A stretch of DNA of 64,000 nt, from contig JBFJCP010000026.1 of NCBI GenBank assembly GCA_041615815.1, positions 1-64,000 of the forward strand. The letters run 5' to 3'. Positions 37,963 through 47,742 of the stretch are shown in pieces; position 1 is the stretch's first letter, and each line of letters opens with the position of its first letter. The stretch comes from Gemmatimonadales bacterium (lineage in GTDB: Bacteria; Gemmatimonadota; Gemmatimonadetes; Gemmatimonadales; GWC2-71-9). The notes below the pieces were generated by a model. That model did no database searches and had not been told where the DNA came from. It saw nothing but the letters and a program-made list of their open reading frames with translations. The position numbers and the translations under genes are program-made.

Positions 37963-39902
37963 GGCCCTCCCGGAAGCGCGAACGCGACGAGGTAATCCCC
38001 GGTTGGGATGCCCCATTTACCTTGTCCTCCGGCGGCGATCACGACGTATTGGCGGCCACGGCCATCGAGGTACGTCATGGGGGTGGCAATCGCCGCCCGT
38101 GGGAGCGGGGCGCTCCACAATTCGGTACCGGTCGCGATATCATACGCGCGCAGCTTTTGGTCCATGCTGGCTCCGATGAACACCAAATCACCACCCGTGA
38201 CGATGGCACCCCCGCCGCTCGGCCACCCCAGCATGGTGTCAGTGACGTCGGCGGGAAGGTGGAAGCCCGGTGGTGTCGTCCCAAAGGGTATCTCCCATGC
38301 GATGGCCCCGGTAGAGAGGTCGACGGCCGCCAATGTACCCCAGGGTGGCGGCGTGCAAGGCAGGCCGCTGGACGAGCGGAAGGTGCGCCGCCGCATGCCG
38401 AAAGGCGCTCCCCGCTGGGCGGCGTACTCGAACGGCCCACCGCGGGCGCGGACGGAAGCAAACGAATCGCGTGGAATGAGCTCGACGAGCGTCGCCAGTC
38501 GATTGGTGTTTGCCACGATGAGCTGGCGCCCCGGATGGAACGCGACGCTCCCCCAGTTGTTTCCCCCGCTATTTCCAGGGAACATGATGGTGCCGCGGAC
38601 GCTTGGGGGCGTGAAGATCCCCTCGGAGCGGGCTGCCGCGATCACCGCACGACACTCGGCGAGGTCCGCTGGGGTCAGACCCCACGCGTCCGCAGCAGTG
38701 ATGGTGCGATGAGGGACGAGTGGCCGAGGAATCGTGGGGAACGGCTGGGTGGGCCACGCACGCTCACCGGCAACGTCGCTGCGAGGCACCGGACGCTCCT
38801 CGATGGGAAAGAGCGGGTCCCCCGTTTCTCGATCGAGCACGAACAACGATCCCATCTTCGTTGCCTGGACAACGGCCGGGATCCGCCGCCCTCCTCGCTC
38901 GACCGTCACGAGCACCGGTTGCGCCGCGACATCGTAGTCCCAGAGATCGTGATGCACGGTTTGGAAATGCCACACCACCTGACCGGTGGAGGCACGGAGC
39001 GCGACCACCGAGTTGGCATAACGGTTGTCGCCGGGACGCAGGCCGCCGTAGAAATCGGGACTGGGACTGCTGGTGGGCACGAACACGAGGTCGCGTTCGG
39101 GATCCACCGTCATGACGGACCACGCATTCGCCGCTCCGGCCCGGAACCCCGTAGAGTCCCGAGGAATCGGATCCCAGGCCCATCGCGGCTCACCGGTGCG
39201 CGCATCGAAGGCGCGAACCACGCCGCGTCCGGTGTCAACATTCCAATTGTCACCGATGGACGACCCCACGATGACCACGCCGTCGGTGACGATTGGCGGC
39301 GACGTGACCTGGTAATCCCCTTCGCCTTGCATCCCCACGGCCAGAGCCAAGTCGATCTGTCCAGCACGTCCGAAGGACCGACAGGGCTGCCCTCGTGTGG
39401 CATCGACCGCGATCAGCCGGGCGTCGATGGTTCCGATCAGGATTCGGGCCGCACACTCGGCGGTGGCTGGTGCCTCCGGATCCCGCCACGCCGCGACACC
39501 CCGAGACGTCACCTCCGAGTAGCTTTGGCTGCGATCGACGCCCGGGTCGAAGATCCAGCGCTCCCGCCCGGTCGACGGATCCAGGGCGATGACCATCCCG
39601 AACGCCGTGCTGAGGTACAACACACCCTCGAAGTGGATAGGGGTCGCTTCGAACGTGAGCTTCCGGGCATCGTTCGCCCCCTGCCCGAGCTCGCCCGTGC
39701 GATACGTCCAGGCGATCTCCAGGTGCGTGACGTTGCCGCGGTGGATCTGACCCAAGGGCGAGTAGCGTGACCCCGCCAAGTCGAGGCCGTACGCCGGCCA
39801 ATGGCTCGGCTCTTGAGCGTCGAGTGGGACGACAACGGCCAGGAGCAGCGGGATCAGTGCGTGACATTTTGTCGTCCGCGCGTGGCATTCTGTGAAAGGC
39901 AT
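37959..39902 (-). CDS. PQQ-dependent glucose/quinate dehydrogenase family protein
   Basis: RYSPLGQI, FEATP, HHDLWDYD, PPWGTL and ATPMTY...GRQYVVIAAGG. Confidence 0.92.
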   Translation of the reverse strand: MPFTECHARTTKCHALIPLLLAVVVPLDAQEPSHWPAYGLDLAGSRYSPLGQIHRGNVTHLEIAWTYRTGELGQGANDARKLTFEATPIHFEGVLYLSTAFGMVIALDPSTGRERWIFDPGVDRSQSYSEVTSRGVAAWRDPEAPATAECAARILIGTIDARLIAVDATRGQPCRSFGRAGQIDLALAVGMQGEGDYQVTSPPIVTDGVVIVGSSIGDNWNVDTGRGVVRAFDARTGEPRWAWDPIPRDSTGFRAGAANAWSVMTVDPERDLVFVPTSSPSPDFYGGLRPGDNRYANSVVALRASTGQVVWHFQTVHHDLWDYDVAAQPVLVTVERGGRRIPAVVQATKMGSLFVLDRETGDPLFPIEERPVPRSDVAGERAWPTQPFPTIPRPLVPHRTITAADAWGLTPADLAECRAVIAAARSEGIFTPPSVRGTIMFPGNSGGNNWGSVAFHPGRQLIVANTNRLATLVELIPRDSFASVRARGGPFEYAAQRGAPFGMRRRTFRSSSGLPCTPPPWGTLAAVDLSTGAIAWEIPFGTTPPGFHLPADVTDTMLGWPSGGGAIVTGGDLVFIGASMDQKLRAYDIATGTELWSAPLPRAAIATPMTYLDGRGRQYVVIAAGGQGKWGIPTGDYLVAFALPGGP

Positions 39903-40008
39903 GGGATCGGTCCTTGTCCGGCGACCCTGGAAAGGTTCGAGCGCGCTGGGGGTGAGACCAGCAAGCTGGGACGACCGGGATCTACCCGGTACGGGTGGGA
40001 CGAATGCC

Positions 40009-40578
40009 CTACGATCGGGGAAAATCTGTGCTCTCGAGAACCCGTTGCGCTTGCCGCAGATGTCGCTCGGCATGTACGAGGAGAATGACGTAGCAATCCG
40101 CCAGATTGAGGCGCAGCAGCGCCGTGACCGGCGAACGCGTCCTGACGCGCTTCATCGGAAGCTTGCGCGCCCGAACGAGGAGTTCGTCGAGCTTGCGGTG
40201 CGCTTCCTCGAATTCGCTGACCACCGCACTGGAGACCGCCGAGGCAGGAACAAATCCGCCGGGGACCTTGAATCGCCTTCCTGGCGCCTGAAGAAGCCTC
40301 AGGAAGAGTCTGCCCATTAAGCTCGGCTCGAGGGTTTCCCCACTGCCGCGTGCCACTTTCCCCTCGGCTTTGACGATCGCGGACTCCATCACCGTGGCGT
40401 ACTTCCTGGCCGTGACCGTGAGGTGATCGAGGCACTGGCCAACGCTCCACCGATCTGGTCCCGGCTTCCAGTTGAGCTCCTGAGGGGAGAGTTTGTGGGC
40501 AAGGTGCCTTGCGTGGGCACGCAGCGTCTCCAAGCCCTGATGCGCTTCGCTGGTGGTGGTAGGGATCGCGCCTTTCAT
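40009..40578 (-). CDS. DinB/YfiT-family protein
   Basis: WKPGPDRWSVGQCLDHL and HAERHLRQA. Confidence 0.85.
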   Translation of the reverse strand: MKGAIPTTTSEAHQGLETLRAHARHLAHKLSPQELNWKPGPDRWSVGQCLDHLTVTARKYATVMESAIVKAEGKVARGSGETLEPSLMGRLFLRLLQAPGRRFKVPGGFVPASAVSSAVVSEFEEAHRKLDELLVRARKLPMKRVRTRSPVTALLRLNLADCYVILLVHAERHLRQAQRVLESTDFPRS

Positions 40579-40655
40579 CGGCCCTCACTCTCCAACTTGT
40601 CGGTACTACGGGTGGATACCATTCCTTCCGGTCCGACGTTCTGATTCCGCCGCGG

Positions 40656-41936
40656 TCAGAGCCGAGTGAGCGTCGCGAAGAGACGGTCCGCCTCCTCGTA
40701 CGTATTCGCGAGATTGGGGGAGATCCGAATCGTGTTCAGCTCGGGCGTGGCGAATGCGCGGAAGACAAAGCCGTGCTCGCGGAAGAGACGTTGAAACACA
40801 TCGGTGCTCCGATGGCCTCGCACCTCGACGGCGTAGAGCGAAGCCCCGAGCTCCCAGTTGCGCGGTGAGCGCCATTCGACGCTCGGTGTGGCCGATGCCA
40901 GCGCCTGAAAGTGGCGGTGCAGTGCTCGGTAGTGTGTTTGTTTCTGTGTGCCATCCAGGGCCAATTGAAAGTCGATGGCGTCACCCAGCGTAACCAGCTC
41001 CGGGAGATTGCGGGTCCCGTAGTCCTCGAAGATGCGAATCGTCCCTTTCCAGCGGTCCTGTCCCCATGTCACCCACATGGGGCGGAGCGTTTTTCGCACC
41101 GCTTGACCCACGTGCATGAGACCCAGGCCCTTGGGCGCCTGCAACCATTTGTGTGGGCTGGCGCAGTAGACGTCTGCCCCGATTCGACCGACGTCGACAT
41201 CGAACATCCCCACGGTTTGGGCACCGTCGACCGCGACGAAGTCGACCCCGCGTTCACGAGCGAGCGCCGTCAGCTCCCGCGCCGGGTGGCGCAGACCGAC
41301 GACGTTGTCCACATGTGGGAATACCAGCACCCTGGTTCGGGCAGAGATCTCGCGGTCGTAGATCTCGAGGATCCGTGCGGCATTCATCTGCGGCGCCTCG
41401 AGCACGGGAAAGGCAAAGCGTCGGACCGCGTAGCCTCGCACCGGTGCCACATGCTGCCAACAGATGCTGGCTCCGTCGTGATTGAGCGAGCTGAACAGGA
41501 CTTCGTCGCCCCGTCCCAGAGGAAGTCCCCAAGCCAGGACATTGAAGCCCTCGGTCGTGTTGTGGGTGATCGCTATCTCGTCCGCTTCTGCACCGAGGTA
41601 GCTGGCGGCCTTGGCGCGTATGGATTCCCGGGTCTGCTCCCAGGCATCCCCCCACACGTACAGCCACGGATTCCTCTCGCACAGTCGGAGATACTCGGTG
41701 TGTGCCTCGTGGACCACGCGAGGTACCGTCCCAATCGAGCCGTGATTGAGATAAGTGACACGGTCATCGAGCAGGTAGCGGCTACGCAGAAGCGCGTACG
41801 GTTGATTCCCCAGTGAAGTCGTTCGTAGCTCGTCGAGCTGTTGCGCCAGCGCTTCGTCCGCTGCAAGGAGGGGTCCCATTGAGGCCGTGGCGGCGATCCC
41901 GGCCAGCTGTCTCAGAAACAGGCGTCGGTGGGTCAT
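40656..41936 (-). CDS. Class V PLP enzyme (isopenicillin-N epimerase/cysteine desulfurase-like) with Tat signal
   Basis: HRRLFLRQL twin-arginine leader, YLNHGSIG, NTTEG, VDGAQ and SPHKWLQAPKG. Confidence 0.88.
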   Translation of the reverse strand: MTHRRLFLRQLAGIAATASMGPLLAADEALAQQLDELRTTSLGNQPYALLRSRYLLDDRVTYLNHGSIGTVPRVVHEAHTEYLRLCERNPWLYVWGDAWEQTRESIRAKAASYLGAEADEIAITHNTTEGFNVLAWGLPLGRGDEVLFSSLNHDGASICWQHVAPVRGYAVRRFAFPVLEAPQMNAARILEIYDREISARTRVLVFPHVDNVVGLRHPARELTALARERGVDFVAVDGAQTVGMFDVDVGRIGADVYCASPHKWLQAPKGLGLMHVGQAVRKTLRPMWVTWGQDRWKGTIRIFEDYGTRNLPELVTLGDAIDFQLALDGTQKQTHYRALHRHFQALASATPSVEWRSPRNWELGASLYAVEVRGHRSTDVFQRLFREHGFVFRAFATPELNTIRISPNLANTYEEADRLFATLTRL

Positions 41937-42137
41937 GGGACAATCTGCCGTCGGAAGAGGGAACGTGTCCGTCAACGGTATTCTGGATCAGAGGGAGAAA
42001 CAACCAACGACCGCTAGCCGCTAACACCTATGCAACCAACTTGGTCGTGTTTGCCGCTGCCCAAAGCTCATGAGTATTTCACCCCGCCTTCACGTCGTCC
42101 CGCTACCATTAAACTGGGATAGTAGCAGGAGGTGGCG

Positions 42138-42341
42138 ATGGGCGGCTTCATCAGCATTAATCACCCTCGGCCCCCCCGCACCGCGGTGCGGAGAGACGGG
42201 GCGCCGGCCGCCAAGGCCGGTGAAGCGTTTCCCAACTCGAGTCCCCGGAAGCCGGAACCGGCGAGCGAGCGGCACGACCGCACGCTTCCGGCCGGGGAGC
42301 ACCTCCATCAACTGTGGGTGGTGCTGGGACTCGACGACTGA
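42138..42341 (+). CDS. Small hypothetical protein (67 aa)
   Basis: Strong AGGAGG RBS upstream and an intrinsic terminator directly downstream. Confidence 0.5.
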   Translation: MGGFISINHPRPPRTAVRRDGAPAAKAGEAFPNSSPRKPEPASERHDRTLPAGEHLHQLWVVLGLDD

Positions 42342-42366
42342 TCATCGACTCCAGGGGGCACCGAAC

Positions 42367-42406
42367 GTAGAGCGCCCGGCCAAGCACCGGGCGCTCTACT
42401 GTTTTT
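42367..42406 (+). terminator. Rho-independent terminator
   Basis: GTAGAGCGCCCGG-7 nt-CCGGGCGCTCTAC (13-bp stem) followed by TGTTTTT. Confidence 0.85.
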
Positions 42407-42427
42407 GTACCCGTTCGGCGATAGAGA

Positions 42428-42943
42428 TCAGCGTCGACTGGTGGCCTGCTCGCCAAAGAACGCGCGACCGTGCCACGTCTCGCGGGCCGCCGTCTCCCAC
42501 CGGCCCTCACGAACCGCACCAAGCGTCGTGATCGTGTTGTCAAACACGATGGTATCGGGACTGACGCTGCCCGCCTTGGCCATGTCCCGAAACTGCGCTC
42601 GATCAACCTGCCGTACCTCACGGTTGTCCCGATACCAGACGGGGGCATTGTCCGTCATCTTCACACCCAAGTGCTCCTCGGCATCTCTCACCGTCCGCAT
42701 GAGGCCGTCGATGGAGCAGCCGGAGGCCCCGGCAGACGACTCGTCCACGGCGACCATGAGGAATCGATCGTCGTGCCACGCCCGGCCGTTACGCAGGGGT
42801 GAGCCATGGGCGGCCCAGGTCCCTAAGTAGGCGTCGATGTGCCGCATCAGTGTCTGGCTCTCCGCTGACGTCAGTGGGCGGGACGCGGCGAACACCCAAA
42901 GGCGTGCGTTGTCGGGAAGTTGGTCGAAGGGCACCAGGGGCAT
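42428..42943 (-). CDS. Conserved hypothetical protein with WxAHG and SGCSID motifs
   Basis: RLWVF..SRPL, WAAHGSPL, ASGCSIDGL and VFDNTI, a recognisable uncharacterised family. Confidence 0.8.
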   Translation of the reverse strand: MPLVPFDQLPDNARLWVFAASRPLTSAESQTLMRHIDAYLGTWAAHGSPLRNGRAWHDDRFLMVAVDESSAGASGCSIDGLMRTVRDAEEHLGVKMTDNAPVWYRDNREVRQVDRAQFRDMAKAGSVSPDTIVFDNTITTLGAVREGRWETAARETWHGRAFFGEQATSRR

Positions 42944-43021
42944 CGCGGAATCTCCGTCGTTATCTTGCGGCGTTTCCCATTCTCAAATGTAACACGCCCG
43001 TTGCAGAGAGCGAACGTCTCT

Positions 43022-43693
43022 ATGATACGAGAGGAATACCTGGAGGTGGTTCGGACCGCCCGGTACGCCGTGATGGGGTCCACCGGGAGCGGGGTGCGGG
43101 AAGTTTGGTTTGTGCTCCACGGGTACGGGCAGTTAGCATCGCGCTTTCTCCAACACTTTGCTGTGTTGGAGCATGAGGCTCGACTCCTCGTGGCACCCGA
43201 AGGACTGTCCCGCTTCTACATCGACCCCGAACATGTTCGTGGTGCCGCGGCCATGCGGGTTGGGGCCAGCTGGATGACGCGAGAGGACCGAGAAGTCGAG
43301 ATCGGCGATTACCTGAAGTATCTCGACGCCGTCGCCGCGCACGTGCTGACTCCGCTCCGTGGCTCGAACCCTCGGATCATCGTCCTGGGCTTCTCACAGG
43401 GCGTCGCCACGGCATGTCGCTGGGCCGTGCTGGGAAGAACGCGCACGGACCGTCTCCTTCTGTGGGCCGGTGGCGTGCCGCCCGATCTGGACTTCCAGCA
43501 CGCTCGCGAGCGCCTCGGCCCCCACGGACTGACCCTCGTCGTCGGAACTGCCGACTCGTACATCCCCGATGGTGCGGTGGAGCGCGAAAAAGCGCGCCTC
43601 GCCGAGCAGCGGATTCCTTATCAGCTCAAAACGTTCCCCGGGGGGCACGAGATCGATCCGGCGATACTCACTGAGCTGGCCAACGAAGTCTGA
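43022..43693 (+). CDS. Alpha/beta hydrolase (phospholipase/carboxylesterase)
   Basis: LHGYGQ, GFSQG nucleophile elbow and GGHEI. Confidence 0.9.
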   Translation: MIREEYLEVVRTARYAVMGSTGSGVREVWFVLHGYGQLASRFLQHFAVLEHEARLLVAPEGLSRFYIDPEHVRGAAAMRVGASWMTREDREVEIGDYLKYLDAVAAHVLTPLRGSNPRIIVLGFSQGVATACRWAVLGRTRTDRLLLWAGGVPPDLDFQHARERLGPHGLTLVVGTADSYIPDGAVEREKARLAEQRIPYQLKTFPGGHEIDPAILTELANEV

Positions 43694-43723
43694 GCGCGCG
43701 ATATACGGGCGCAGTCGCTCTTC

Positions 43724-44227
43724 CTATCGCGGCTTTGTTCGTTGGCCCACGATGTCGGGCACTACGACGATCAGCACAGCACAGATGGCGAAGAAAAGCA
43801 TGTGATTCCAAAAGGGCGCACCGAAGCTCGTGTTGAGCCCTGGCAGCGTGTTCGGGAAGCCTTGGCCCGACAGGAGGCCGATCGTGATCTGGATGGCCGG
43901 CGCCGTGACCAGGGTGGTCAGCCAGCCGAGGATGAGCACCATCCCGGCCGCAGCACCCCACCGTGGTCCGCGCGCCGTGGGAAACACCGGGAGCAGCGTG
44001 AGGACGCCGAAGAAGCATGCGTAGGTGAGGGCCACGCCGAGATGGACGCCCCAGCCGATGGGCACGGCAAGCGATGTGGAGTATCCCCCCCGCTGAACGA
44101 TTTGCGCGCCCATGAATTCGGCGATGTGCGTGTTGAACCCTTCGAGTCGTTGCGCGAGGACGAAAGCGAAGGCGCCGACCACGCCGCCAGCCGCGATCCA
44201 AGGCGCACGTCTCTGCCAGGGCTTCAT
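43724..44227 (-). CDS. Four-TM membrane protein with intramembrane His residues
   Basis: Hydrophobic helices GWGVHLGV and FWNHMLFF. Confidence 0.7.
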   Translation of the reverse strand: MKPWQRRAPWIAAGGVVGAFAFVLAQRLEGFNTHIAEFMGAQIVQRGGYSTSLAVPIGWGVHLGVALTYACFFGVLTLLPVFPTARGPRWGAAAGMVLILGWLTTLVTAPAIQITIGLLSGQGFPNTLPGLNTSFGAPFWNHMLFFAICAVLIVVVPDIVGQRTKPR

Positions 44228-44356
44228 GACCTTTTCCTCACGAACGGGGACGCACGGGCTGGCGAGATGCTCCAAGGTAGAGCGTGGTGCAACGATCGTC
44301 GAATGGTACCCTCATGACTGACCGGCAACGAGGCTTGCTTGGTCGTCCTCTGGTCG

Positions 44357-45340
44357 TCACGGCGTATGCGCCGAGATGACCTGTCGGTCCACGTCGATGT
44401 CCTCGATGACGACGTCTCGAAAGCCCGCGGTCCCGAGCCACGCACGATACTCCCCGGCCGTGTAGGTGTTGCCTCCTTCCGTCCGCAGCAGCATGACGAT
44501 GGCGAACCGGGCTGCCCGCGGGCTCATGCCCCGAACGAAGTCCGCGACGGCCACGAGCCCCAATGGCTGGAGCACCCTGTGAATCTTCTCGAGGAGCTTC
44601 GTGTTCTGTGCCGGTGAGTAGATGTGCGTGATGTTGCTGGCGAGCACGATGTCGAACGGGCCCGGCGGCAGGGCATCCTCCATGAAGTCGCCAGCCACGA
44701 GGTGGAGATCGGTGCGATGGCGGAGCCCGTACTCGTCCGCGGCAACGTCCACGACCTCGGGAAGGTCGAACAACGTGGCTTCGAGTCCTTCGGCCGCGAA
44801 CGCGCCGCCCACATGACCAGGCCCAGCTCCGAGGTCCAGCACGGTGGCCGCTGTGGGTTGCCGCTCGAGGCAGTGCTGGACCAGGCGTCGGATCCTGGCT
44901 GCGGGCGCGGCGGCCATTCCGTCCAGGTAATGGCGCAGTTCCTCCCGGCTGCGCCGCTGCCTTCGCTCCCACGGGCGTCCCGAACGCAGACTGTCGGGGA
45001 GGTGTGTCCAGGCGCGGATGTTCTGGAGCCAGAGCGGAAGCCCGCCTGCCGCGTAGTCGGGCGAGGATGGATCGGCGAGGTACCGTCGGCCCAACCGAGT
45101 TAACCCGTACCCTGCGTCGGTTCGGGTGACGATCGCCAAGTCCACCAAGGCGTCGAGGACGATCTGGGTCGCGCGGAGGTCGAGACCGGCACGATTCGCG
45201 ATCGTTTCAGATCGCAACGGCCCGTCAAGCAGCGAGGCGAAAATGCCGACCTGAGCTGCTGCGGCCATCGTCGCCACCTTTTCCGCGCCGTCCCGCATCT
45301 CATTCAATTCGATCCCGTCTGTGGAATGCACCTTGCGCAT
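44357..45340 (-). CDS. O-methyltransferase (dimerisation + Methyltransf_2 domains)
   Basis: VLDLGAGPG, FDLPEV, AGDFM and LASNITH. Confidence 0.9.
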   Translation of the reverse strand: MRKVHSTDGIELNEMRDGAEKVATMAAAAQVGIFASLLDGPLRSETIANRAGLDLRATQIVLDALVDLAIVTRTDAGYGLTRLGRRYLADPSSPDYAAGGLPLWLQNIRAWTHLPDSLRSGRPWERRQRRSREELRHYLDGMAAAPAARIRRLVQHCLERQPTAATVLDLGAGPGHVGGAFAAEGLEATLFDLPEVVDVAADEYGLRHRTDLHLVAGDFMEDALPPGPFDIVLASNITHIYSPAQNTKLLEKIHRVLQPLGLVAVADFVRGMSPRAARFAIVMLLRTEGGNTYTAGEYRAWLGTAGFRDVVIEDIDVDRQVISAHTP

Positions 45341-45409
45341 CTTTCGTCGTGTCGAGTGGCCGGCGTGTGAAGGCGTATTATATTTCGATTACCCCGCCGG
45401 GGGTTGCAC

Positions 45410-46165
45410 ATGCCAAACATTGCAGGGATCGTTGCCGGACTCGCGCTGACGCCGTTTGCCATCGGCGCCGCGCAGCAGACTGCATTCGTTGGCACGGTCA
45501 CCGACTCCCTCACCCGCGATCCCCTCCCTGGCGTTTCCGTCGTTCTCGTCGAGCGCGAGCACGTCACCAGCACTAACGCGGAAGGATATTTCTACATCGC
45601 AGGAATCGAGACCGGCGTGCACACGGTGCTCGTGCGGTTCCCGGGGTATGAGCCTTGGGCCGTACGGATCAACGTGCGCGTGGCCGAGCCCATCGAAGTG
45701 GACATCGGCCCAGTGGTTCTGACGCCGGTTGAGATACTCCTGCTCGACCCGGTGACGATCGAAGGCGAAACCGTCAAAGGCGGTCTCGCGGGATTCACCC
45801 GACGCATGCGGTCGGAAAAGGGCACCTTCATCACTGCTGACGACATCGAGCGGCTGCGGCCGCGTCGAACCTCGGACCTCCTTCGCATGGTCCACGGCTT
45901 CAAGGTCAATCGTGCCGGCGACGTGGCGAGCCTCAGAGGGATACCGTCCCTGCTCGAGGGTTTCAACTCCTGCCCGGTAGAGTACTACATTGACGGGGTG
46001 CACTCCGGTATGGAGTCGATGGACAATATCATCCCGACGGCCATCGCAGGCATCGAGATCTACCGCGGACCCTCCACGACCCCGGCCATCTTTCTTGGCA
46101 CGGGGAACCGCAAATGCGGCGTCATCGCCATCTGGACCAAGCACGGCTCCCGACGCCGTCGCTAG
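45410..46165 (+). CDS. Exported CarboxypepD_reg-like + TonB plug-like protein without a barrel
   Basis: Signal peptide, GTVTDSLTRDPLPGVSV, CPVEYYIDG, IAGIEIYRGPSTTP and CGVIAIWTK. Confidence 0.8.
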   Translation: MPNIAGIVAGLALTPFAIGAAQQTAFVGTVTDSLTRDPLPGVSVVLVEREHVTSTNAEGYFYIAGIETGVHTVLVRFPGYEPWAVRINVRVAEPIEVDIGPVVLTPVEILLLDPVTIEGETVKGGLAGFTRRMRSEKGTFITADDIERLRPRRTSDLLRMVHGFKVNRAGDVASLRGIPSLLEGFNSCPVEYYIDGVHSGMESMDNIIPTAIAGIEIYRGPSTTPAIFLGTGNRKCGVIAIWTKHGSRRRR

Positions 46166-46262
46166 GACGCGTTTTCCCACTCCATTCCCGAAGCAGACAG
46201 TCCCCACACACGGCGCGGTTCTTGCTCGCCAAGGACCGGGATCGACGAATGGAGTCGTCTCA

Positions 46263-47456
46263 GTGAACACCACCGTGAAGGCAATTGGCATCCTCGCCTT
46301 TGGAACGGTCTGGCTCGCTTCGGCGTGCAGCCGGGAGCACAATCCGGCGCCGGAGGGGCCCGAGCCACGGCTCGAGACCGTCGCCAGTGGTTTGGAGTTA
46401 CCGTGGGACTTGGAGTTTCTCCCCGACGGCCGAATCCTCCTCACCGAGAAGCCAGGGCGGATCCGGGTCATCCGTGACCGTCAGCTCCAACCGGAGCCGT
46501 GGGCCACGCTGGACGTCTACCAGAAGGCGGCGGCGGGCCTCATGGGGATCGCGCTCGCTCCTGATTTCGACGAGTCCGGCTACGTCTTCGTCGTCGGGAC
46601 CTTCCGCGCGGGCGACACCCTCATGAACCGCGTCATCCGACTGACCGACCGGCACGGGAAGGGTGTCGATCCCGTCGTCTTGGTGGACAGCATCATCTCC
46701 GGCGTGACCCACGCCGGGGCGCAGCTGGCATTTGGTCCGGACGGCATGATGTACGTCACGTCCGGGGAGCTGGCCAATCCACCCATGTCGCAGGACATGG
46801 AGACCCTGGGATCCAAGATCATGCGCTTCCGTCCGGATGGGACCATTCCCGACGACAATCCGTGGCCGGGATCGCCGATCTACGTCCTTGGGACGAGAAA
46901 TAGCCAGGGGCTTGCATGGCATCCGGAGACCGGAGACCTGTTTGCGACGGAGCACGGGCCCAGCGGCGCGGACTTTGAGAACTACTGGCATGGTGAGGAC
47001 GAGCTCAACGTGATTCTGAGCGGGGAGAACTACGGTTGGCCGCTCGTGTCGGGGCTGTCCTCTGGGCTCGTGGATGATCCGCGGTTCGTCCCCCCTCTTG
47101 TGGAGTGGACGCCGGCGATTGCCCCATCGGGGCTGGCCATCTATACCGGCGACTGGCGGCCGTGGTATGGCAACGCGTTCGTGGCTGGGCTCCGTGGCCA
47201 GCAGCTACGGCGTATTGTGTTGGCACATTCGCCGGAGCATCGAACGGGCTGGCGGATCGCTCGGGAAGAGGCCTACTTCGTGGGGAAACTCGGCCGTGTG
47301 CGCGCGGTCGTCATGGGGCCAGACGGCTATCTCTACATCACGACGAACAACCGCACGGCGTGGAACGATGAGCCGGCGCCGGAGGATGACCGGCTGTTGC
47401 GCGTGATTCCCGCTGAAGACACGCCGGGCGACGACGTGGCCGCAACCTCCCGGTAA
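46263..47456 (+). CDS. PQQ-dependent soluble sugar dehydrogenase (GSDH/YliI-like), lipoprotein
   Basis: GLELPWDLEFLPDG, GTRNSQG, TEHGP, DELN and NYGWP. Lipobox-like LASAC. Confidence 0.88.
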   Translation: MNTTVKAIGILAFGTVWLASACSREHNPAPEGPEPRLETVASGLELPWDLEFLPDGRILLTEKPGRIRVIRDRQLQPEPWATLDVYQKAAAGLMGIALAPDFDESGYVFVVGTFRAGDTLMNRVIRLTDRHGKGVDPVVLVDSIISGVTHAGAQLAFGPDGMMYVTSGELANPPMSQDMETLGSKIMRFRPDGTIPDDNPWPGSPIYVLGTRNSQGLAWHPETGDLFATEHGPSGADFENYWHGEDELNVILSGENYGWPLVSGLSSGLVDDPRFVPPLVEWTPAIAPSGLAIYTGDWRPWYGNAFVAGLRGQQLRRIVLAHSPEHRTGWRIAREEAYFVGKLGRVRAVVMGPDGYLYITTNNRTAWNDEPAPEDDRLLRVIPAEDTPGDDVAATSR

Positions 47457-47742
47457 TCACGTCGGAGCACGCTCGTGCCCGAGGGTCACCACTCGGGTGA
47501 GCGTCGGCGATCCTCGAACCAGCGCGAGATCAACGACCTCGAGCCCCGGTCAACTAGCCGATCCCGAGGCGTTCCTCCGGGTGCTCCTCCCAGATGTCGC
47601 CACTGACGAAAGCTCCGGCGATGGCCGCCGGGAATCAGGCGCATGAGGCCCTTGCCGGCTCCCAGAGACCTCATTCGGGACGTGGTAGCCAGCGTGGCCA
47701 CGCGGAGGAAACGCGACAGGATGCCTGCGGTGCGAGCCCCGC

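Noticed and set aside
42020..42073. tmRNA-tag-like peptide ANTYATNLVVFAAA
   Set aside because: There is no stop after the Ala run and no tRNA-like ends.
47603..47636. Hammerhead-like CTGACGA followed by a stem
   Set aside because: The stem is followed by GAATC rather than GAAA, and no stems I/III are evident.
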